Positions 48,719-60,169 of a stretch of DNA of 64,000 nt are shown here, in pieces. The stretch is from the NCBI GenBank assembly GCA_017410525.1, contig JAFQQQ010000005.1, positions 81,105-145,104 on the forward strand. The letters are read 5' to 3'. The translations under genes were made by a program, and so were the position numbers. This stretch comes from Bacilli bacterium. Lineage in GTDB: Bacteria > Bacillota_I > Bacilli_A > RF39 > UBA660. The notes under the pieces are model-generated. The model worked only from the letters and a program-made list of their open reading frames with translations, was not told the DNA's origin and searched no databases. How positions within the stretch are numbered: the first letter of the stretch is position 1; each line of letters opens with the position of its first letter.

Positions 48719-49774
48719 GTGGAAAATGTAGAAAAAATAATAGAAAAAGCTTATAAAAACAATAAAAAAATATTAATAGACGAGATTTTAAAATTAGGTT
48801 TAAAAGACGAGGAGTTTGAAATTGTTATAGAATCTTTAAAAGTTGCCGGAATAAAAGTAGAAGAACCTAAAGAATCTTTTGAAGAAAAAGCAGAAATTGT
48901 TGTGACAGATAGCGCAGTAAAAGATTATCTAAAACAAATAGGCAAAATTCCTTTATTAACTCCGAAAGAAGAAGTAGAAATAGCTAAAAGAGTATTAGCT
49001 GGAGATAATGAAGCAAAAAGAATTATGATAGATTCAAATTTACGTTTAGTAGTGAGTATAGCAAAAAGATATATAAATAGAGGAACGAGTTTTGAAGACT
49101 TAATACAAGAAGGTAATTTAGGCCTTATAAAAGCTGTTGAAAAATTTGATGTTAATAAAGGCTTTAAATTTTCAACTTATGCAACATGGTGGATAAGACA
49201 AACAATAACAAGATCTGTTTGCGATCATTCGCGCACAATACGTATACCGGTATATGCTAATGAAGTTATAAATTCAATTAAAAGATTTGAAACTAGTTTT
49301 GGAAATGAACATGGAAGGGAACCATCTATACAAGAAATAAGCGATGCATTAGGATATTCTTTAGAGAAGATAATAAAATGTAAAAAAGCATTTCAAGATA
49401 TAATCAGTTTGGACTCACCAGTTGGAATCGAAGGAGATCATGAAACATTTTTAAAAGATTTTGTTGCAGATGAACAAAATATGGAAGAATCAGTAATGAA
49501 GAGAATAGGTTATAAAAAAATTGTTGAAATTGTGAAAACAAAATTAACAGAAAGAGAGGCTAAAGTAATAACTCTTAGATTTGGCTTAACGAATGTAAGA
49601 CCAAAAACATTAGAACAAGTTGGAGAAGTATTACATATAACTAGGGAAAGAGTTAGACAAATAGAGGCGAGAGCCTTAAGAAGGTTAAGTTGTTATGTAA
49701 AAAGAGAAATAGAAGAAGATTTTGAAATAAATAACAAAGTTGACAGCAAAACAAAAAGTTTATTAAAAAAATAA
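48719..49774 (+). CDS. sigA: Primary RNA polymerase sigma factor (sigma-70/SigA family)
   Basis: Regions 2-4 are present: DLIQEGNLGLIKAVEKFD, FSTYATWWIRQ, …TLEQVGEVLHITRERVRQIE…. Start taken at the GTG at 48719 after the RBS AGGGGGA; the ORF track starts at an ATG at 48701 inside the predicted -10/+1 region. Confidence 0.8.
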   Translation: MENVEKIIEKAYKNNKKILIDEILKLGLKDEEFEIVIESLKVAGIKVEEPKESFEEKAEIVVTDSAVKDYLKQIGKIPLLTPKEEVEIAKRVLAGDNEAKRIMIDSNLRLVVSIAKRYINRGTSFEDLIQEGNLGLIKAVEKFDVNKGFKFSTYATWWIRQTITRSVCDHSRTIRIPVYANEVINSIKRFETSFGNEHGREPSIQEISDALGYSLEKIIKCKKAFQDIISLDSPVGIEGDHETFLKDFVADEQNMEESVMKRIGYKKIVEIVKTKLTEREAKVITLRFGLTNVRPKTLEQVGEVLHITRERVRQIEARALRRLSCYVKREIEEDFEINNKVDSKTKSLLKK

Positions 49775-49963
49775 ACTTTTTTTAATTTTTATAAAAAAAA
49801 GCTTGATTTTTTTAGGAAAATATCATATAATTTTGTATGTGTGACTGCGGAGATGTGTGAGGTTGCTGATACACCAGGTTAAGTTGTTATATAATTTAAA
49901 CTGAAAATCAGGTTTTTACACGGAGCAAGTCTATACTGGATATAGACGAAGGGAGGATACAAG

Positions 49964-50272
49964 ATGTCAAAAACTAAAATTCGTATCAAATTAAAAGCGT
50001 TTGAACATAAAAGTTTAGACAAAGCTTGCGCTAAAATCGTTGAAACAGTAAAAAGAAATGGTGGTACAGTTGTTGGACCAGTTCCACTACCAACTGAAAT
50101 AGAAAAAATCACTATTCTAAGAGCTGTTCATAAATACAAAGATTCACGTGAGCAATTTGAAAGAAGAACACACAAAAGACTTGTAGATATCGTTGATCCA
50201 TCTAAGGAAACTATTGAAGCATTAGCTCATTTAGATATTCCAAGTGGTGTAGATATCAAAATTATTAAATAA
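49964..50272 (+). CDS. rpsJ: 30S ribosomal protein S10
   Basis: [19 protein letters not shown]…. Confidence 0.95.
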   Translation: MSKTKIRIKLKAFEHKSLDKACAKIVETVKRNGGTVVGPVPLPTEIEKITILRAVHKYKDSREQFERRTHKRLVDIVDPSKETIEALAHLDIPSGVDIKIIK

Positions 50273-50286
50273 TAGGAGGAGAAAGT

Positions 50287-51054
50287 ATGAAAGGAATCTT
50301 AGGTCGTAAAATTGGAATGACTCAAGTATTTACAGAATCCGGTAAATTAATTCCTGTAACTGTTGTTGAAGTTGAGAAAAATGTAGTTACTCAAATCAAA
50401 ACTAAAGAAAACGATGGTTATGAAGCAATTCAATTAGGATTTGGAAATACAAGAGAAAAGCTAGCGACTAAAGCTTCTGCTGGACATGCAGCAAAAGCAC
50501 AAACTACACCTAAGCGCTTCTTTAGAGAAATAAAAGGTGTAGATATCAATTCATATACTCTAGGGCAAGAAATATCAGCAGATATTTTCGCTCCAGGAGA
50601 AGTGGTTGATGTAACTGGAACTACTAAAGGTAAAGGGTTCCAAGGTGTTATTAAAAGACACGGGCAAGCAAGAGGACCTATGGGACATGGTTCACATTAT
50701 CATAGAAGACCAGGTTCAATGGGAACAATGAGACCAATGCGTGTTTTCAAAGGCAAAAAACTAGCTGGTCATATGGGGACACTTACAGTAACTATTCAAA
50801 ATCTTGAAGTTGTTGCTGTAGATACTGAAAACAATGTAATATTAATAAGTGGTAATATACCAGGGCCTAAAAAAGGTTTAGTAATTATTAAGAGTGCTGT
50901 TAAAGCAAATGGAAAAATCAATGAAATGGAAAACTTAGTTTCTTATGAAGTTGAAGAACCAATTGTTGAAACAGCAGAAAAAGTAGTTATAGAAGAAACA
51001 CCAGTGGTTGAAGAAGTTGCTGAAGCAGCTGAAACTACTAAGGAAGAAAATTAG
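50287..51054 (+). CDS. rplC: 50S ribosomal protein L3 (with a ~45-aa acidic C-terminal extension)
   Basis: [15 protein letters not shown]…; the extra C-terminus is [38 protein letters not shown]. Confidence 0.9.
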   Translation: MKGILGRKIGMTQVFTESGKLIPVTVVEVEKNVVTQIKTKENDGYEAIQLGFGNTREKLATKASAGHAAKAQTTPKRFFREIKGVDINSYTLGQEISADIFAPGEVVDVTGTTKGKGFQGVIKRHGQARGPMGHGSHYHRRPGSMGTMRPMRVFKGKKLAGHMGTLTVTIQNLEVVAVDTENNVILISGNIPGPKKGLVIIKSAVKANGKINEMENLVSYEVEEPIVETAEKVVIEETPVVEEVAEAAETTKEEN

Positions 51055-51071
51055 TAGGGAGGATACATAAT

Positions 51072-51695
51072 ATGGCAAAATTAAATGTATTAAACACAAA
51101 TGGTGAAAAAGTAAAAGATATTACATTAAATAAAGAAGTATTTGGTATAGTTCCAAACGATGCGGTATTATACGATGCAGTTAAACTTGCTCAAAATAAT
51201 GCTCGTCAAGCTACAAAAGGTGTTAAAGGACGTTCTGATGTATCTGGTGGTGGAAGAAAACCATGGAGACAAAAAGGAACTGGACGTGCTCGTCAAGGTT
51301 CTACAAGAGCGCCACACTGGTATCATGGTGGTTGGGCATTTGGTAACCAATCAAGAAATTATGAGGTTAAACAAAATAGAAAAGAAAGAGCTTTAGCTTT
51401 AAAATCTGCTTTAGCTTACAAAGTTATCAATAAAGAATTAGTTGTTATTGATTCATTAAATGTTGAATCTAACAAAACAAAAGATATGAAAAATGTCTTA
51501 GCTAATTTCAAAATTGAAAGAAACGTTTTAATAGTTGTTTCTGAATTAAATGAAAATTTAGTTTTAGCTACTCGTAACTTAAACAATGTTTTATTACTTG
51601 AAGCTAGTGAAATAAATGTATTAGATTTAGTTTCTGCTAACTTAGTAATAGTAGAAGAATCTGCTATGAAAGAAATAGAGGAGGCTTTAGTATAA
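51072..51695 (+). CDS. rplD: 50S ribosomal protein L4
   Basis: 207 aa, conserved L4 core. Confidence 0.9.
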   Translation: MAKLNVLNTNGEKVKDITLNKEVFGIVPNDAVLYDAVKLAQNNARQATKGVKGRSDVSGGGRKPWRQKGTGRARQGSTRAPHWYHGGWAFGNQSRNYEVKQNRKERALALKSALAYKVINKELVVIDSLNVESNKTKDMKNVLANFKIERNVLIVVSELNENLVLATRNLNNVLLLEASEINVLDLVSANLVIVEESAMKEIEEALV

Positions 51696-51976
51696 TGAAT
51701 AATTATAGAGATGTTATAAAAGCTCCGATTATTACTGAAAAATCTGCAACTTTAAGTGAAAATGGAAACATTATTACTTTAAGTGTAGATCCAAAAGCAA
51801 ATAAAACACAAATTAAACAAGCTGTAGAAAAAATCTTCAATGTTAAAGTTGAAAAAGTTAATACAGTTAATGTTAAACCAAAAACTAAAAGAGTTGGACG
51901 TTATACAGGATTAACTAACAGAAAGAAAAAAGCTATAGTTAAATTAAAAGAAGGAAGTTCAATAGAACTTAACTAA
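51695..51976 (+). CDS. rplW: 50S ribosomal protein L23
   Basis: 93 aa. Confidence 0.9.
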   Translation: MNNYRDVIKAPIITEKSATLSENGNIITLSVDPKANKTQIKQAVEKIFNVKVEKVNTVNVKPKTKRVGRYTGLTNRKKKAIVKLKEGSSIELN

Positions 51977-51994
51977 TCTAAGGGAGGAAATACA

Positions 51995-52825
51995 ATGGCA
52001 ATCAAAAGTTATAAATCAACAACTAATGGTAGACGTGGTATGACTACTTTAGATAATAGTGGATTAACTAAAGTAGCACCAGAGAAATCACTACTTGTTA
52101 CATTAAAGAAAAATGGTGGACGTAATAATCAAGGTAAAATAACTGTTCGTCATCAAGGCGGAGGAGCTAAAAGAAAATATCGTATTATCGATTTCAAAAG
52201 AATTAAAGATGGTGTTGTTGGTACAGTGGCATCTATCGAATACGATCCAAATAGAACAGCTAATATTGCTTTAATTAAATACGCTGATGGAGAAAAAGCT
52301 TATATAATTGCTCCAAAAGGATTAAAAGTTGGAGATAAAGTTGAAAGTGGAGCAAATGCAGATATCAAAATTGGTAACTGTTTACCACTTGCAAATATTC
52401 CAGAAGGTACTTTGGTTCACAATGTTGAATTAAAGGCTGGAAAAGGAGCACAAATGGCTCGTTCTGCAGGATCAAGTGTTCAAATACTTGGACTTGAAGG
52501 AAAATATGCACTACTTCGTTTAGCTAGTGGTGAAGTTCGTAAAGTATTAAGTACTTGCCGTGCAACTATTGGTGAAGTAGGAAATGAAGATCATGAATTA
52601 GTAAATTTAGGTAAAGCTGGTCGTAAAAGACATATGGGTATCAGACCTACTGTTCGCGGATCAGTTATGAACCCTAATGATCACCCTCATGGTGGTGGTG
52701 AAGGTAGAGCACCTATCGGACGTAGTGGTCCAGTTACACCTTGGGGTAAACCTGCACTTGGATATAAAACTCGTAAAGGTAAAAAACAATCAGATGACTT
52801 AATAGTACATCGCCGTAAAAAATAG
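51995..52825 (+). CDS. rplB: 50S ribosomal protein L2
   Basis: 276 aa, …HPHGGGEGR…. Confidence 0.95.
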   Translation: MAIKSYKSTTNGRRGMTTLDNSGLTKVAPEKSLLVTLKKNGGRNNQGKITVRHQGGGAKRKYRIIDFKRIKDGVVGTVASIEYDPNRTANIALIKYADGEKAYIIAPKGLKVGDKVESGANADIKIGNCLPLANIPEGTLVHNVELKAGKGAQMARSAGSSVQILGLEGKYALLRLASGEVRKVLSTCRATIGEVGNEDHELVNLGKAGRKRHMGIRPTVRGSVMNPNDHPHGGGEGRAPIGRSGPVTPWGKPALGYKTRKGKKQSDDLIVHRRKK

Positions 52826-52841
52826 GAAAGGATGGTAGAAA

Positions 52842-53114
52842 ATGGCTAGAAGTTTAAAAAAGGGACCTTTCATTGACAAAAGTCTAATGAAAAAAGTTCA
52901 AAAAGTAAATGAATCTGAGAAAAAAGAAGTTATAAAAACTTGGTCACGCCGTTCAACAATATTTCCTGAATTTATAGGTAACACATTTGCTGTTCATAAT
53001 GGAAAAGAATTTGTTCCAGTTTATGTTACTGAAGATATGGTAGGACATAAATTAGGTGAATTTGCTCTTACTCGTAAATTCGGTGGTCACGGTGATCAAA
53101 AAGGTAAAAAATAA
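52842..53114 (+). CDS. rpsS: 30S ribosomal protein S19
   Basis: [12 protein letters not shown]…. Confidence 0.95.
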   Translation: MARSLKKGPFIDKSLMKKVQKVNESEKKEVIKTWSRRSTIFPEFIGNTFAVHNGKEFVPVYVTEDMVGHKLGEFALTRKFGGHGDQKGKK

Positions 53115-53138
53115 AAAACCTAGGAAGGATGAATTATA

Positions 53139-53474
53139 ATGGAAGCAAAAGCAATCGCAAGGGGACTTAGAATCCCTCCACGTAAAGCACGTTTAATGAT
53201 TGATTTAGTTCGTGGAAAAAACGTGGCAGAAGCAGATAGAATTTGTAGAAACTACAATAGTAAAGCTGCTAGATTAACTTTAAAAGTGTTAACTTCTGCT
53301 GTAGCAAATGCTGAAAACAACTTAGGTTTAGATAAAACTAAATTATATGTTAGTAAGGCATATGTTGATGAAGGACAAACATTAAAAAGAATGAAATTTG
53401 GTTCTCGTGGACACGTAGATCCAATCAAAAAAAGAACAAGTCATATTACAATTGTTGTAAGTGAAAGAAACTAA
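53139..53474 (+). CDS. rplV: 50S ribosomal protein L22
   Basis: 111 aa. Confidence 0.9.
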   Translation: MEAKAIARGLRIPPRKARLMIDLVRGKNVAEADRICRNYNSKAARLTLKVLTSAVANAENNLGLDKTKLYVSKAYVDEGQTLKRMKFGSRGHVDPIKKRTSHITIVVSERN

Positions 53475-53492
53475 GGTAAAGGAGGAAAACTT

Positions 53493-54170
53493 GTGGGTCA
53501 AAAAGTTAGTCCAGTCGGACTTAGAATAGGCGTTAACAAATCTTGGCAATCAAATTGGTATGCTGAAGGAAAAGACAATGCTAAATTTATCAATAACGAT
53601 AACAAGATTCGTAAAATGTTAGAGAAAAAACTAAAAGACGCATCAGTTTCAAGTATTCTTATTGAAAGAGACACTAAGAAGACTAATGTTGTTATAAATA
53701 CAGCTAAACCTGGAGTAGTTATCGGACACGGTGGAGATGAAATTGAAAAATTAAAAAAAGAATTAACTAAATTAGTTAATGAAAATATTCAAATCTCTAT
53801 TAAAGAAGTTAAAAACCCAGATTTAGATGCTGCACTAGTTGCAGAAAATATTGCACGTCAAATTGAAGGTCGTGTATCATTCAGAATCGCTCAAAAAAGA
53901 GCTATTAGAAATACTATGAAAGCAGGAGCAAAAGGAATTACAACTGCTGTATCTGGACGTTTAGGAGGAGCTGATATGGCTCGTACTGAAGGTTATACAG
54001 AAGGTAGTGTTCCAAGACATACTTTAAGATCTGATATTGATTATGCTCATAAAGAAGCAGATACAACTTATGGAAAAATAGGTGTAAAAGTATGGATCTG
54101 TAAAGGTGAAATACTTCCTGCCAAAAATAAGGGAGGTAATGAAGATGGCCGTAATTCCAAAAAGAACTAA
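53493..54170 (+). CDS. rpsC: 30S ribosomal protein S3
   Basis: GTG start after the GGAGG RBS; [13 protein letters not shown]…, KH domain. Confidence 0.9.
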   Translation: MGQKVSPVGLRIGVNKSWQSNWYAEGKDNAKFINNDNKIRKMLEKKLKDASVSSILIERDTKKTNVVINTAKPGVVIGHGGDEIEKLKKELTKLVNENIQISIKEVKNPDLDAALVAENIARQIEGRVSFRIAQKRAIRNTMKAGAKGITTAVSGRLGGADMARTEGYTEGSVPRHTLRSDIDYAHKEADTTYGKIGVKVWICKGEILPAKNKGGNEDGRNSKKN

Positions 54171-54576
54171 ATATCGTAATGTACATCGTCTTCCTTATGA
54201 TGGAAAAGCAAAAGGAAATACTAAAGTTAACTTTGGTGAATATGGTTTAATGGCAATGGAAGGAGCTTGGATCACAGATAGACAAATCGAAGCAGCTAGA
54301 ATTGCTATGACTCGTTATATGAAACGTGGAGGAAAGGTTTGGATAAACATATTCCCACACTTATCATTAACTAAAAAACCACTTGAAACTCGTCAAGGTA
54401 AAGGTAAAGGTTCTCATGATGCATGGGTTGCAGTAGTTAAACAAGGAAAAGTTATGTTTGAAATTGCTGGAGTTAGTGAAGAAATTGCAAGAGAAGCATT
54501 AAGACTTGCTATGCATAAACTTCCAATCAAATGTAAATTTGTAAAGAAAGAAGAAAGTGGTGAAAGTAATGACTAA
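54145..54576 (+). CDS. rplP: 50S ribosomal protein L16
   Basis: [12 protein letters not shown]… from the ATG at 54145 (GGGAGG RBS); the ORF track began 39 nt upstream. Confidence 0.85.
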   Translation: MAVIPKRTKYRNVHRLPYDGKAKGNTKVNFGEYGLMAMEGAWITDRQIEAARIAMTRYMKRGGKVWINIFPHLSLTKKPLETRQGKGKGSHDAWVAVVKQGKVMFEIAGVSEEIAREALRLAMHKLPIKCKFVKKEESGESND

Positions 54577-54763
54577 TAAAGAAATAAGAGAATTATCTAA
54601 TGAGGAAATACTTTCAAAAATTGAAGAATCAAAAGAAGAATTATTTAACTTACGTTTCCAACAAGCAACAGGATCTTTAGAAAAACCTTCAAGAATTACT
54701 GAATTAAGAAAATTAGTTGCACGTATGAAAACAATCTTACGTGAAAGAGAATTAACTAAATAA
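54569..54763 (+). CDS. rpmC: 50S ribosomal protein L29
   Basis: [31 protein letters not shown]… from the ATG at 54569. Confidence 0.85.
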   Translation: MTNKEIRELSNEEILSKIEESKEELFNLRFQQATGSLEKPSRITELRKLVARMKTILRERELTK

Positions 54764-54775
54764 TAGGAGGAAATT

Positions 54776-55036
54776 ATGGAAGAAAAAAGAACTCACGAAT
54801 TAGTTGGAACTGTTGTAAGTGACGTTAACGATAAAACTATTACAGTTTTAGTTGAAACTTACAAAAATGATAGTTTATACCACAAAAGAGTTAAATATTC
54901 AAAAAAATATACTGCACATGATGAAAAAAATGAAGCTAAAAAAGGAGACAAAGTTCTTATAGCTGAAACAAGACCATTATCAAAAACTAAACATTTCCGT
55001 TTAGTAAAAGTAATAGAAAAAGCAATTATTTTATAA
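54776..55036 (+). CDS. rpsQ: 30S ribosomal protein S17
   Basis: 86 aa. Confidence 0.9.
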   Translation: MEEKRTHELVGTVVSDVNDKTITVLVETYKNDSLYHKRVKYSKKYTAHDEKNEAKKGDKVLIAETRPLSKTKHFRLVKVIEKAIIL

Positions 55037-55061
55037 TTGAACGAGTGAAGGAGGATAAAAT

Positions 55062-55430
55062 ATGATTCAACAAGAAAGCCGTTTAAAAGTAGCTGACAAC
55101 TCTGGAGCAAAAGAATTAAATGTAATTCGTGTTCTAGGGGGGTCAAAAGTTAAAACTGGAAATATCGGTGATATAGTAGTTGCTTCAGTAAAGAAAGCAA
55201 CACCTAATGGAACTGTTGGAAAAGGTAAAGTTGTTAAAGCAGTTATCGTTAGAAGTAAATTTGGTCTAAGAAGAGAAGATGGATCATACATCAAATTTGA
55301 TGACAATGCAGCCTGCATTATTAAAGATGATAAGAGTCCAATCGGAACTCGTGTATTTGGACCAGTAGCTCGTGAATTACGTGATTTAGGATTTAACAAA
55401 ATCATTTCACTTGCTAAAGAAGTGTTATAA
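55062..55430 (+). CDS. rplN: 50S ribosomal protein L14
   Basis: [17 protein letters not shown]…. Confidence 0.95.
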   Translation: MIQQESRLKVADNSGAKELNVIRVLGGSKVKTGNIGDIVVASVKKATPNGTVGKGKVVKAVIVRSKFGLRREDGSYIKFDDNAACIIKDDKSPIGTRVFGPVARELRDLGFNKIISLAKEVL

Positions 55431-55450
55431 GAGAGTTTGGAGGAATGAAA

Positions 55451-55759
55451 ATGAACTTTAAAACTGGAGATAAAGTAGTTGTCATTTCTGGTAAGGACAA
55501 AGGAAAAGAAGGAAAAATTACTCACGTATTACGTGCTGAAAACAGAGTTGTAGTTGAAGGTGTTAACATAGTTAAAAAACATGTTAAAGGAAACGGACAA
55601 ACTGCAGGATCTATAAATGAGGTAGAAGCTCCAATTCATGCATCTAATGTAATGATAATTGATCCAAAAACTAAAAAACCTACTAGAATAGGACATAGTG
55701 TAAACAAAGACGGTAAGAAAATTAGAGTTGCAAAAAAATCTAATTCAAGTCTTGATTAA
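55451..55759 (+). CDS. rplX: 50S ribosomal protein L24
   Basis: [19 protein letters not shown]… from the ATG at 55451, 7 nt after GGAGG. Confidence 0.85.
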   Translation: MNFKTGDKVVVISGKDKGKEGKITHVLRAENRVVVEGVNIVKKHVKGNGQTAGSINEVEAPIHASNVMIIDPKTKKPTRIGHSVNKDGKKIRVAKKSNSSLD

Positions 55760-55776
55760 TTGGAAGGAGGGTATAT

Positions 55777-56316
55777 ATGAACCGCCTAAAAGAAAAATAT
55801 GAAAAAACAATCGTATCCGATTTAATGAGTAAACATAACTATAAAAATGTTATGGAAGTACCTAAATTAGAAAAAATCGTAGTAAATATTGGTTGTGGAG
55901 ATGCTACTACTAATTCTAAATTATTAGAAGCAGCTATGAAAGACCTTGAAACGATTACAGGTCAAAAACCAGTAGCTACTAAAGCTAAAAAATCAATAGC
56001 TGGATTCAAATTAAGAGAAGGTCAAGCAATTGGTTGTAAAGTAACATTACGTGGGGAAAATATGTATAACTTCTTAGATAAATTAATTAGTATTACATTA
56101 CCTCGTGTAAGAGACTTTAGAGGTATATCTAATAAAGCATTTGATGGTAGAGGAAACTATACATTGGGATTAACAGAACAATTAATATTCCCAGAAATCG
56201 AATATGATGATGTTGTTAAAGTGCGTGGTATGGATATAGTTTTTGTTACAAGTGCAAAAACTAACGAAGAAGCGTTTGATCTCTTAAAAGGTTTCGGAAT
56301 GCCATTTAAGAAATAA
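55777..56316 (+). CDS. rplE: 50S ribosomal protein L5
   Basis: 179 aa. Confidence 0.95.
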   Translation: MNRLKEKYEKTIVSDLMSKHNYKNVMEVPKLEKIVVNIGCGDATTNSKLLEAAMKDLETITGQKPVATKAKKSIAGFKLREGQAIGCKVTLRGENMYNFLDKLISITLPRVRDFRGISNKAFDGRGNYTLGLTEQLIFPEIEYDDVVKVRGMDIVFVTSAKTNEEAFDLLKGFGMPFKK

Positions 56317-56331
56317 TATAGGAGGCAAATT

Positions 56332-56517
56332 ATGGCTAAGAAAAGCATGAAAGTAAAAGCTAGTCGCGAACCTAAATTTGAAGTACGTAGATATACACGT
56401 TGCAGTCGTTGTGGTAGACCACATGCTGTACTTAAAAAATACGGAATTTGTAGAATTTGTTTCCGTGAGTTAGCTTATAAGGGACAAATACCAGGAATGA
56501 AAAAATCAAGCTGGTAA
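56332..56517 (+). CDS. rpsN: 30S ribosomal protein S14 (type Z, zinc-binding, 61 aa)
   Basis: [23 protein letters not shown] Cys4 motif. Confidence 0.9.
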   Translation: MAKKSMKVKASREPKFEVRRYTRCSRCGRPHAVLKKYGICRICFRELAYKGQIPGMKKSSW

Positions 56518-56539
56518 TTGATAAGAGAAGGAGGATATT

Positions 56540-56932
56540 ATGGTAACAGATCCAATAGCAGATATGCTTACGAGAATTCGTAATGCAAATCAAATGCGTT
56601 ATAAAGAAGTTGAAGTCCCAGCTTCAAAAATGAAAAATGAAATCGCTAGAATATTAAAATCTGAAGGATTTATAGTTGACTATAAAGTTAAGAAAAATAA
56701 TATTCAAGATATCCTTGTTTTATCATTAAAATATGTAGACAAGGAACGCGTGATTACTGGACTTAAGAGAATCTCTAAACCAGGATTACGTGTATATGTA
56801 AAAGCTGAAGAAGTTCCATCTGTATTAAATGGATTAGGAATAGCTATTATCTCAACATCTAAAGGTGTTATGACTGATAAAGAAGCTAGAGCAAATTCAT
56901 TAGGTGGAGAAGTATTAGCTTACATTTGGTAG
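56540..56932 (+). CDS. rpsH: 30S ribosomal protein S8
   Basis: 130 aa. Confidence 0.95.
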   Translation: MVTDPIADMLTRIRNANQMRYKEVEVPASKMKNEIARILKSEGFIVDYKVKKNNIQDILVLSLKYVDKERVITGLKRISKPGLRVYVKAEEVPSVLNGLGIAIISTSKGVMTDKEARANSLGGEVLAYIW

Positions 56933-56947
56933 AAAGGAAGAAACTTA

Positions 56948-57481
56948 ATGAGTCGTGTTGGAAATAGAAAATTAGAAATACCAACTGGAGTAACTGTAAC
57001 AGTTGAAGGAAATATTGTTTCAGTAAAAGGACCTAAAGGTGAACTTTCTACTGAAATAAATGAAAACATTACTGTTAATATTAGTGAAAATGAAATAACA
57101 TTAACAAGAAAAAATGATAATTTTAAAAACTTCCATGGAACAGCAAATGCTAACATAAGAAATATGATAGTAGGTGTTACTGAAGGATTTGAAAAAAAAT
57201 TAGAATCTGTAGGTGTTGGATATCGTTTTCAATTAAAAGGTACAGAATTAGTTGTAACTGCTGGATATTCTCATCCTGTTAATGTTGCTATTCCTGAAGG
57301 AATTAAATTAGAAGTTCCAAGTAATACAGAATTATTTGTAAGAGGAATAGATAAACAATTAGTAGGTGAATTTGCAGCAAACGTAAGAAAAATTAGAAAA
57401 CCTGAACCATATAAAGGAAAAGGTATTCGTTATGCTGACGAACATATTCGTCGTAAAGAAGGAAAGAAAGCTTCTAAATAA
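56948..57481 (+). CDS. rplF: 50S ribosomal protein L6
   Basis: 177 aa. Confidence 0.95.
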   Translation: MSRVGNRKLEIPTGVTVTVEGNIVSVKGPKGELSTEINENITVNISENEITLTRKNDNFKNFHGTANANIRNMIVGVTEGFEKKLESVGVGYRFQLKGTELVVTAGYSHPVNVAIPEGIKLEVPSNTELFVRGIDKQLVGEFAANVRKIRKPEPYKGKGIRYADEHIRRKEGKKASK

Positions 57482-57502
57482 TTAGAGTAAAGGAGAAAAG
57501 TT

Positions 57503-57865
57503 ATGATCAAAAAAATAGACCGTAATAAAGCACGTGCTGCTAGACATACACGTGTTAGAAACAAAGTAACTGGTACATCAAACGTTCCTAGATTAAATGT
57601 ATTTAGATCAAACAGTAATATTTTTGCTCAAATCATTGATGATGAAGCTTCTAAAACATTAGTAAGTGCTTCTTCTATAGATAAAGAGTTAAAACTTGAA
57701 AACGGCGGAAACACTGAAGCCGCTGAAAAAGTAGGAGAATTACTTGCTAAAAGAGCTAAAAAAGCAAAAATATCAAAAGTTGTTTTCGATAGAGGTGGAT
57801 ACCTTTATCATGGACGTGTAAAAGCTCTAGCTGAATCTGCACGCGAAAACGGACTAGAATTCTAA
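57503..57865 (+). CDS. rplR: 50S ribosomal protein L18
   Basis: 120 aa. Confidence 0.9.
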   Translation: MIKKIDRNKARAARHTRVRNKVTGTSNVPRLNVFRSNSNIFAQIIDDEASKTLVSASSIDKELKLENGGNTEAAEKVGELLAKRAKKAKISKVVFDRGGYLYHGRVKALAESARENGLEF

Positions 57866-57878
57866 TAGGAGGGTAATG

Positions 57879-58469
57879 ATGGAAAAGGAAATCGAAAAAG
57901 TAGAAGAAGTTAAAACTACTGAAAAAGTAGAAAAAACTGAAAGAAAACCTCGTAAATCAAATGATAAAAAACAACCTAGACAAAGACAACAAAAACTTTA
58001 TGAAGAAGAAGTAATTTCTATCGGTCGTGTTACAAAAGTAACAAAAGGTGGACGTCATTTCCGCTTCTCTGCAGTAGTAGTTGTAGGAGATAGAAAAGGT
58101 AAGGTTGGACTTGGTACTGGAAAATCTAACGAAGTTCCAGATGCAATTAAAAAAGCAAGTCAAGCTGCTATTAAAAATATAGTTAAAGTTTCAATAGTTG
58201 AAGACCGAACTATCCCACATGAAGCAACTGGTGTATGTGGAGCTAGTAAAGTTATGTTAAAACCTGCTGCTAAAGGTACAGGAGTTAAAGCTGGTGGTCC
58301 AGTAAGAGCTGTACTTGAAATGGCTGGTGTTAAAGACATTTTATCTAAATCATTAGGATCAAGTACAAAAGTAAATATGGCAACAGCAACACTTAATGCA
58401 TTAAAGTCACAAAGAACAATAGAAGAAGTAGCACGTTTACGTGGTAAAAAAGTAGAGGAGATAAGATAA
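57879..58469 (+). CDS. rpsE: 30S ribosomal protein S5 (with a Lys/Glu-rich N-terminal extension)
   Basis: …[23 protein letters not shown]…; start taken at the second ATG, 5 nt after AGGAGGG. Confidence 0.9.
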   Translation: MEKEIEKVEEVKTTEKVEKTERKPRKSNDKKQPRQRQQKLYEEEVISIGRVTKVTKGGRHFRFSAVVVVGDRKGKVGLGTGKSNEVPDAIKKASQAAIKNIVKVSIVEDRTIPHEATGVCGASKVMLKPAAKGTGVKAGGPVRAVLEMAGVKDILSKSLGSSTKVNMATATLNALKSQRTIEEVARLRGKKVEEIR

Positions 58470-58470
58470 T

Positions 58471-58914
58471 ATGAAACTACATGAATTAAGACCTAGTGAA
58501 GGTGCATTCCAGACTAAAAAAAGAGTTGGACGTGGTGTTGGTTCTGGGCTTGGTAAAACAAGTGGTAAAGGACACAAAGGACAAAATGCAAGAAGTGGTG
58601 GAGGAGTTAGACCTGGGTTTGAAGGTGGACAATTACCATTATTCAGACGTTTACCAAAAAGAGGTTTCTCTAATGCTATGTTTAAAGTTGAATATGCTAC
58701 AATAAATGTAAGTGATTTAGAAAAATTTGAAGATGGAGCAGTTGTTACTCCAGAATTATTAAAAGAAATGGGAATTTTAAAGAAACAATTAGCTGGTGTT
58801 AAAGTTTTAGGTAATGGAAACTTAACTAAAAAATTAACAGTTAAAGCTAATAAATTCTCTCAATCTGCAGTAGAAAAAATAGAAACGATAGGTGGAAAAG
58901 CTGAGGTGATTTAA
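58471..58914 (+). CDS. rplO: 50S ribosomal protein L15
   Basis: 147 aa. Confidence 0.9.
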   Translation: MKLHELRPSEGAFQTKKRVGRGVGSGLGKTSGKGHKGQNARSGGGVRPGFEGGQLPLFRRLPKRGFSNAMFKVEYATINVSDLEKFEDGAVVTPELLKEMGILKKQLAGVKVLGNGNLTKKLTVKANKFSQSAVEKIETIGGKAEVI

Positions 58915-58915
58915 T

Positions 58916-60169
58916 ATGTTTGCAACAGTTAAGCAAATATTTAATCCAAAAAATCGTGATTTATTAAAACGAATTTTATTCACTTTAGCTGCCTTATTCG
59001 TGTTTAAAATAGGAACATCAATTATTGTTCCTGGTGTTAATGCCAATACTTCTGGAATGAAATTTCTAGAAATATTAGATGCAATGAGTGGTGGAGCTTT
59101 TGCTAATGCATCAATCTTTGCTTTAGGTGTTTCACCTTATATTACCGCATCAATTGTAATTCAGTTATTGTGTGCTGATATAGTTCCATATTTATCTGAA
59201 TTAAAAAAGCAAGGTGGCGTAGGTAGAAAAAAATTAGATCAAATAACAAGAATTGTAGGAATTGGTTTAGCATTCTTACAAGGTTATTTATATTCATATG
59301 CATACATTGGAAATGGAAATGCTATGGATTATATGTTGTATTCATTAATTCTTACAGCTGGTACTGCGTTAGTTATGTGGATTGCAGATCAAATAACAGC
59401 AAAAGGAATTGGAAATGGTATGTCATTAATAATAATGGCGGGGATAATAAGTGTGTTGCCAAATATGTTTAAAAATCTTTGGGTAGAATTATTTGCTAAA
59501 GGATTTTTAGGAATAGCTATATTTGTAGCATTCGTATTAGTATTTATAGCAATCATAGTAGGAGTTATCTATGTTGAATCAGCAGAAAGAAGAATTCCTA
59601 TTCAATATGCTAATAAATCAACTAGTACATTAGGTAAACAATCTTATATACCATTCAAACTAAATAGTTCGGGAGTTATGCCAGTAATTTTTGCATCAGC
59701 TCTACTTTCAATTCCGCAAATACTTGCATCAGTATTTAAGAAAGAAGGTTTTACACTTTTTGTACAGAAATATCTTTCTTATACTAACGGAATCGGGTTA
59801 ATTATATATGTAATATTGATTTTGCTATTTGCTTACCTTTACACATTTATGCAACTTAAACCGAGCGAGATGTCAGAAAGTTTAAATAAGAATGGTGGAT
59901 ATATCCCAGGTATAAGACCAGGAAAAGATACAACAGAATATGTAAAGACTGTGTTGAAAAGAATAACAATTGTTGGTGCTGTCTTTTTAGCAACACTAGC
60001 AATTCTTCCAATAGTATTTGATAAGGTTTCAAATCTAACAACTTCAATCACTATAAGTGGTACAGGATTATTAATCGTTGTAGGAGTTGCTTTGGAAACT
60101 TACAAACAAATTGAGAGTCAATTAGTAAATAGAACCTATACAAAAGGTAGAAAGGGAAGAAGAAGGTAA
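58916..60169 (+). CDS. secY: Preprotein translocase subunit SecY
   Basis: 417 aa with 10 TM helices and a conserved C-terminal basic tail. Confidence 0.95.
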   Translation: MFATVKQIFNPKNRDLLKRILFTLAALFVFKIGTSIIVPGVNANTSGMKFLEILDAMSGGAFANASIFALGVSPYITASIVIQLLCADIVPYLSELKKQGGVGRKKLDQITRIVGIGLAFLQGYLYSYAYIGNGNAMDYMLYSLILTAGTALVMWIADQITAKGIGNGMSLIIMAGIISVLPNMFKNLWVELFAKGFLGIAIFVAFVLVFIAIIVGVIYVESAERRIPIQYANKSTSTLGKQSYIPFKLNSSGVMPVIFASALLSIPQILASVFKKEGFTLFVQKYLSYTNGIGLIIYVILILLFAYLYTFMQLKPSEMSESLNKNGGYIPGIRPGKDTTEYVKTVLKRITIVGAVFLATLAILPIVFDKVSNLTTSITISGTGLLIVVGVALETYKQIESQLVNRTYTKGRKGRRR

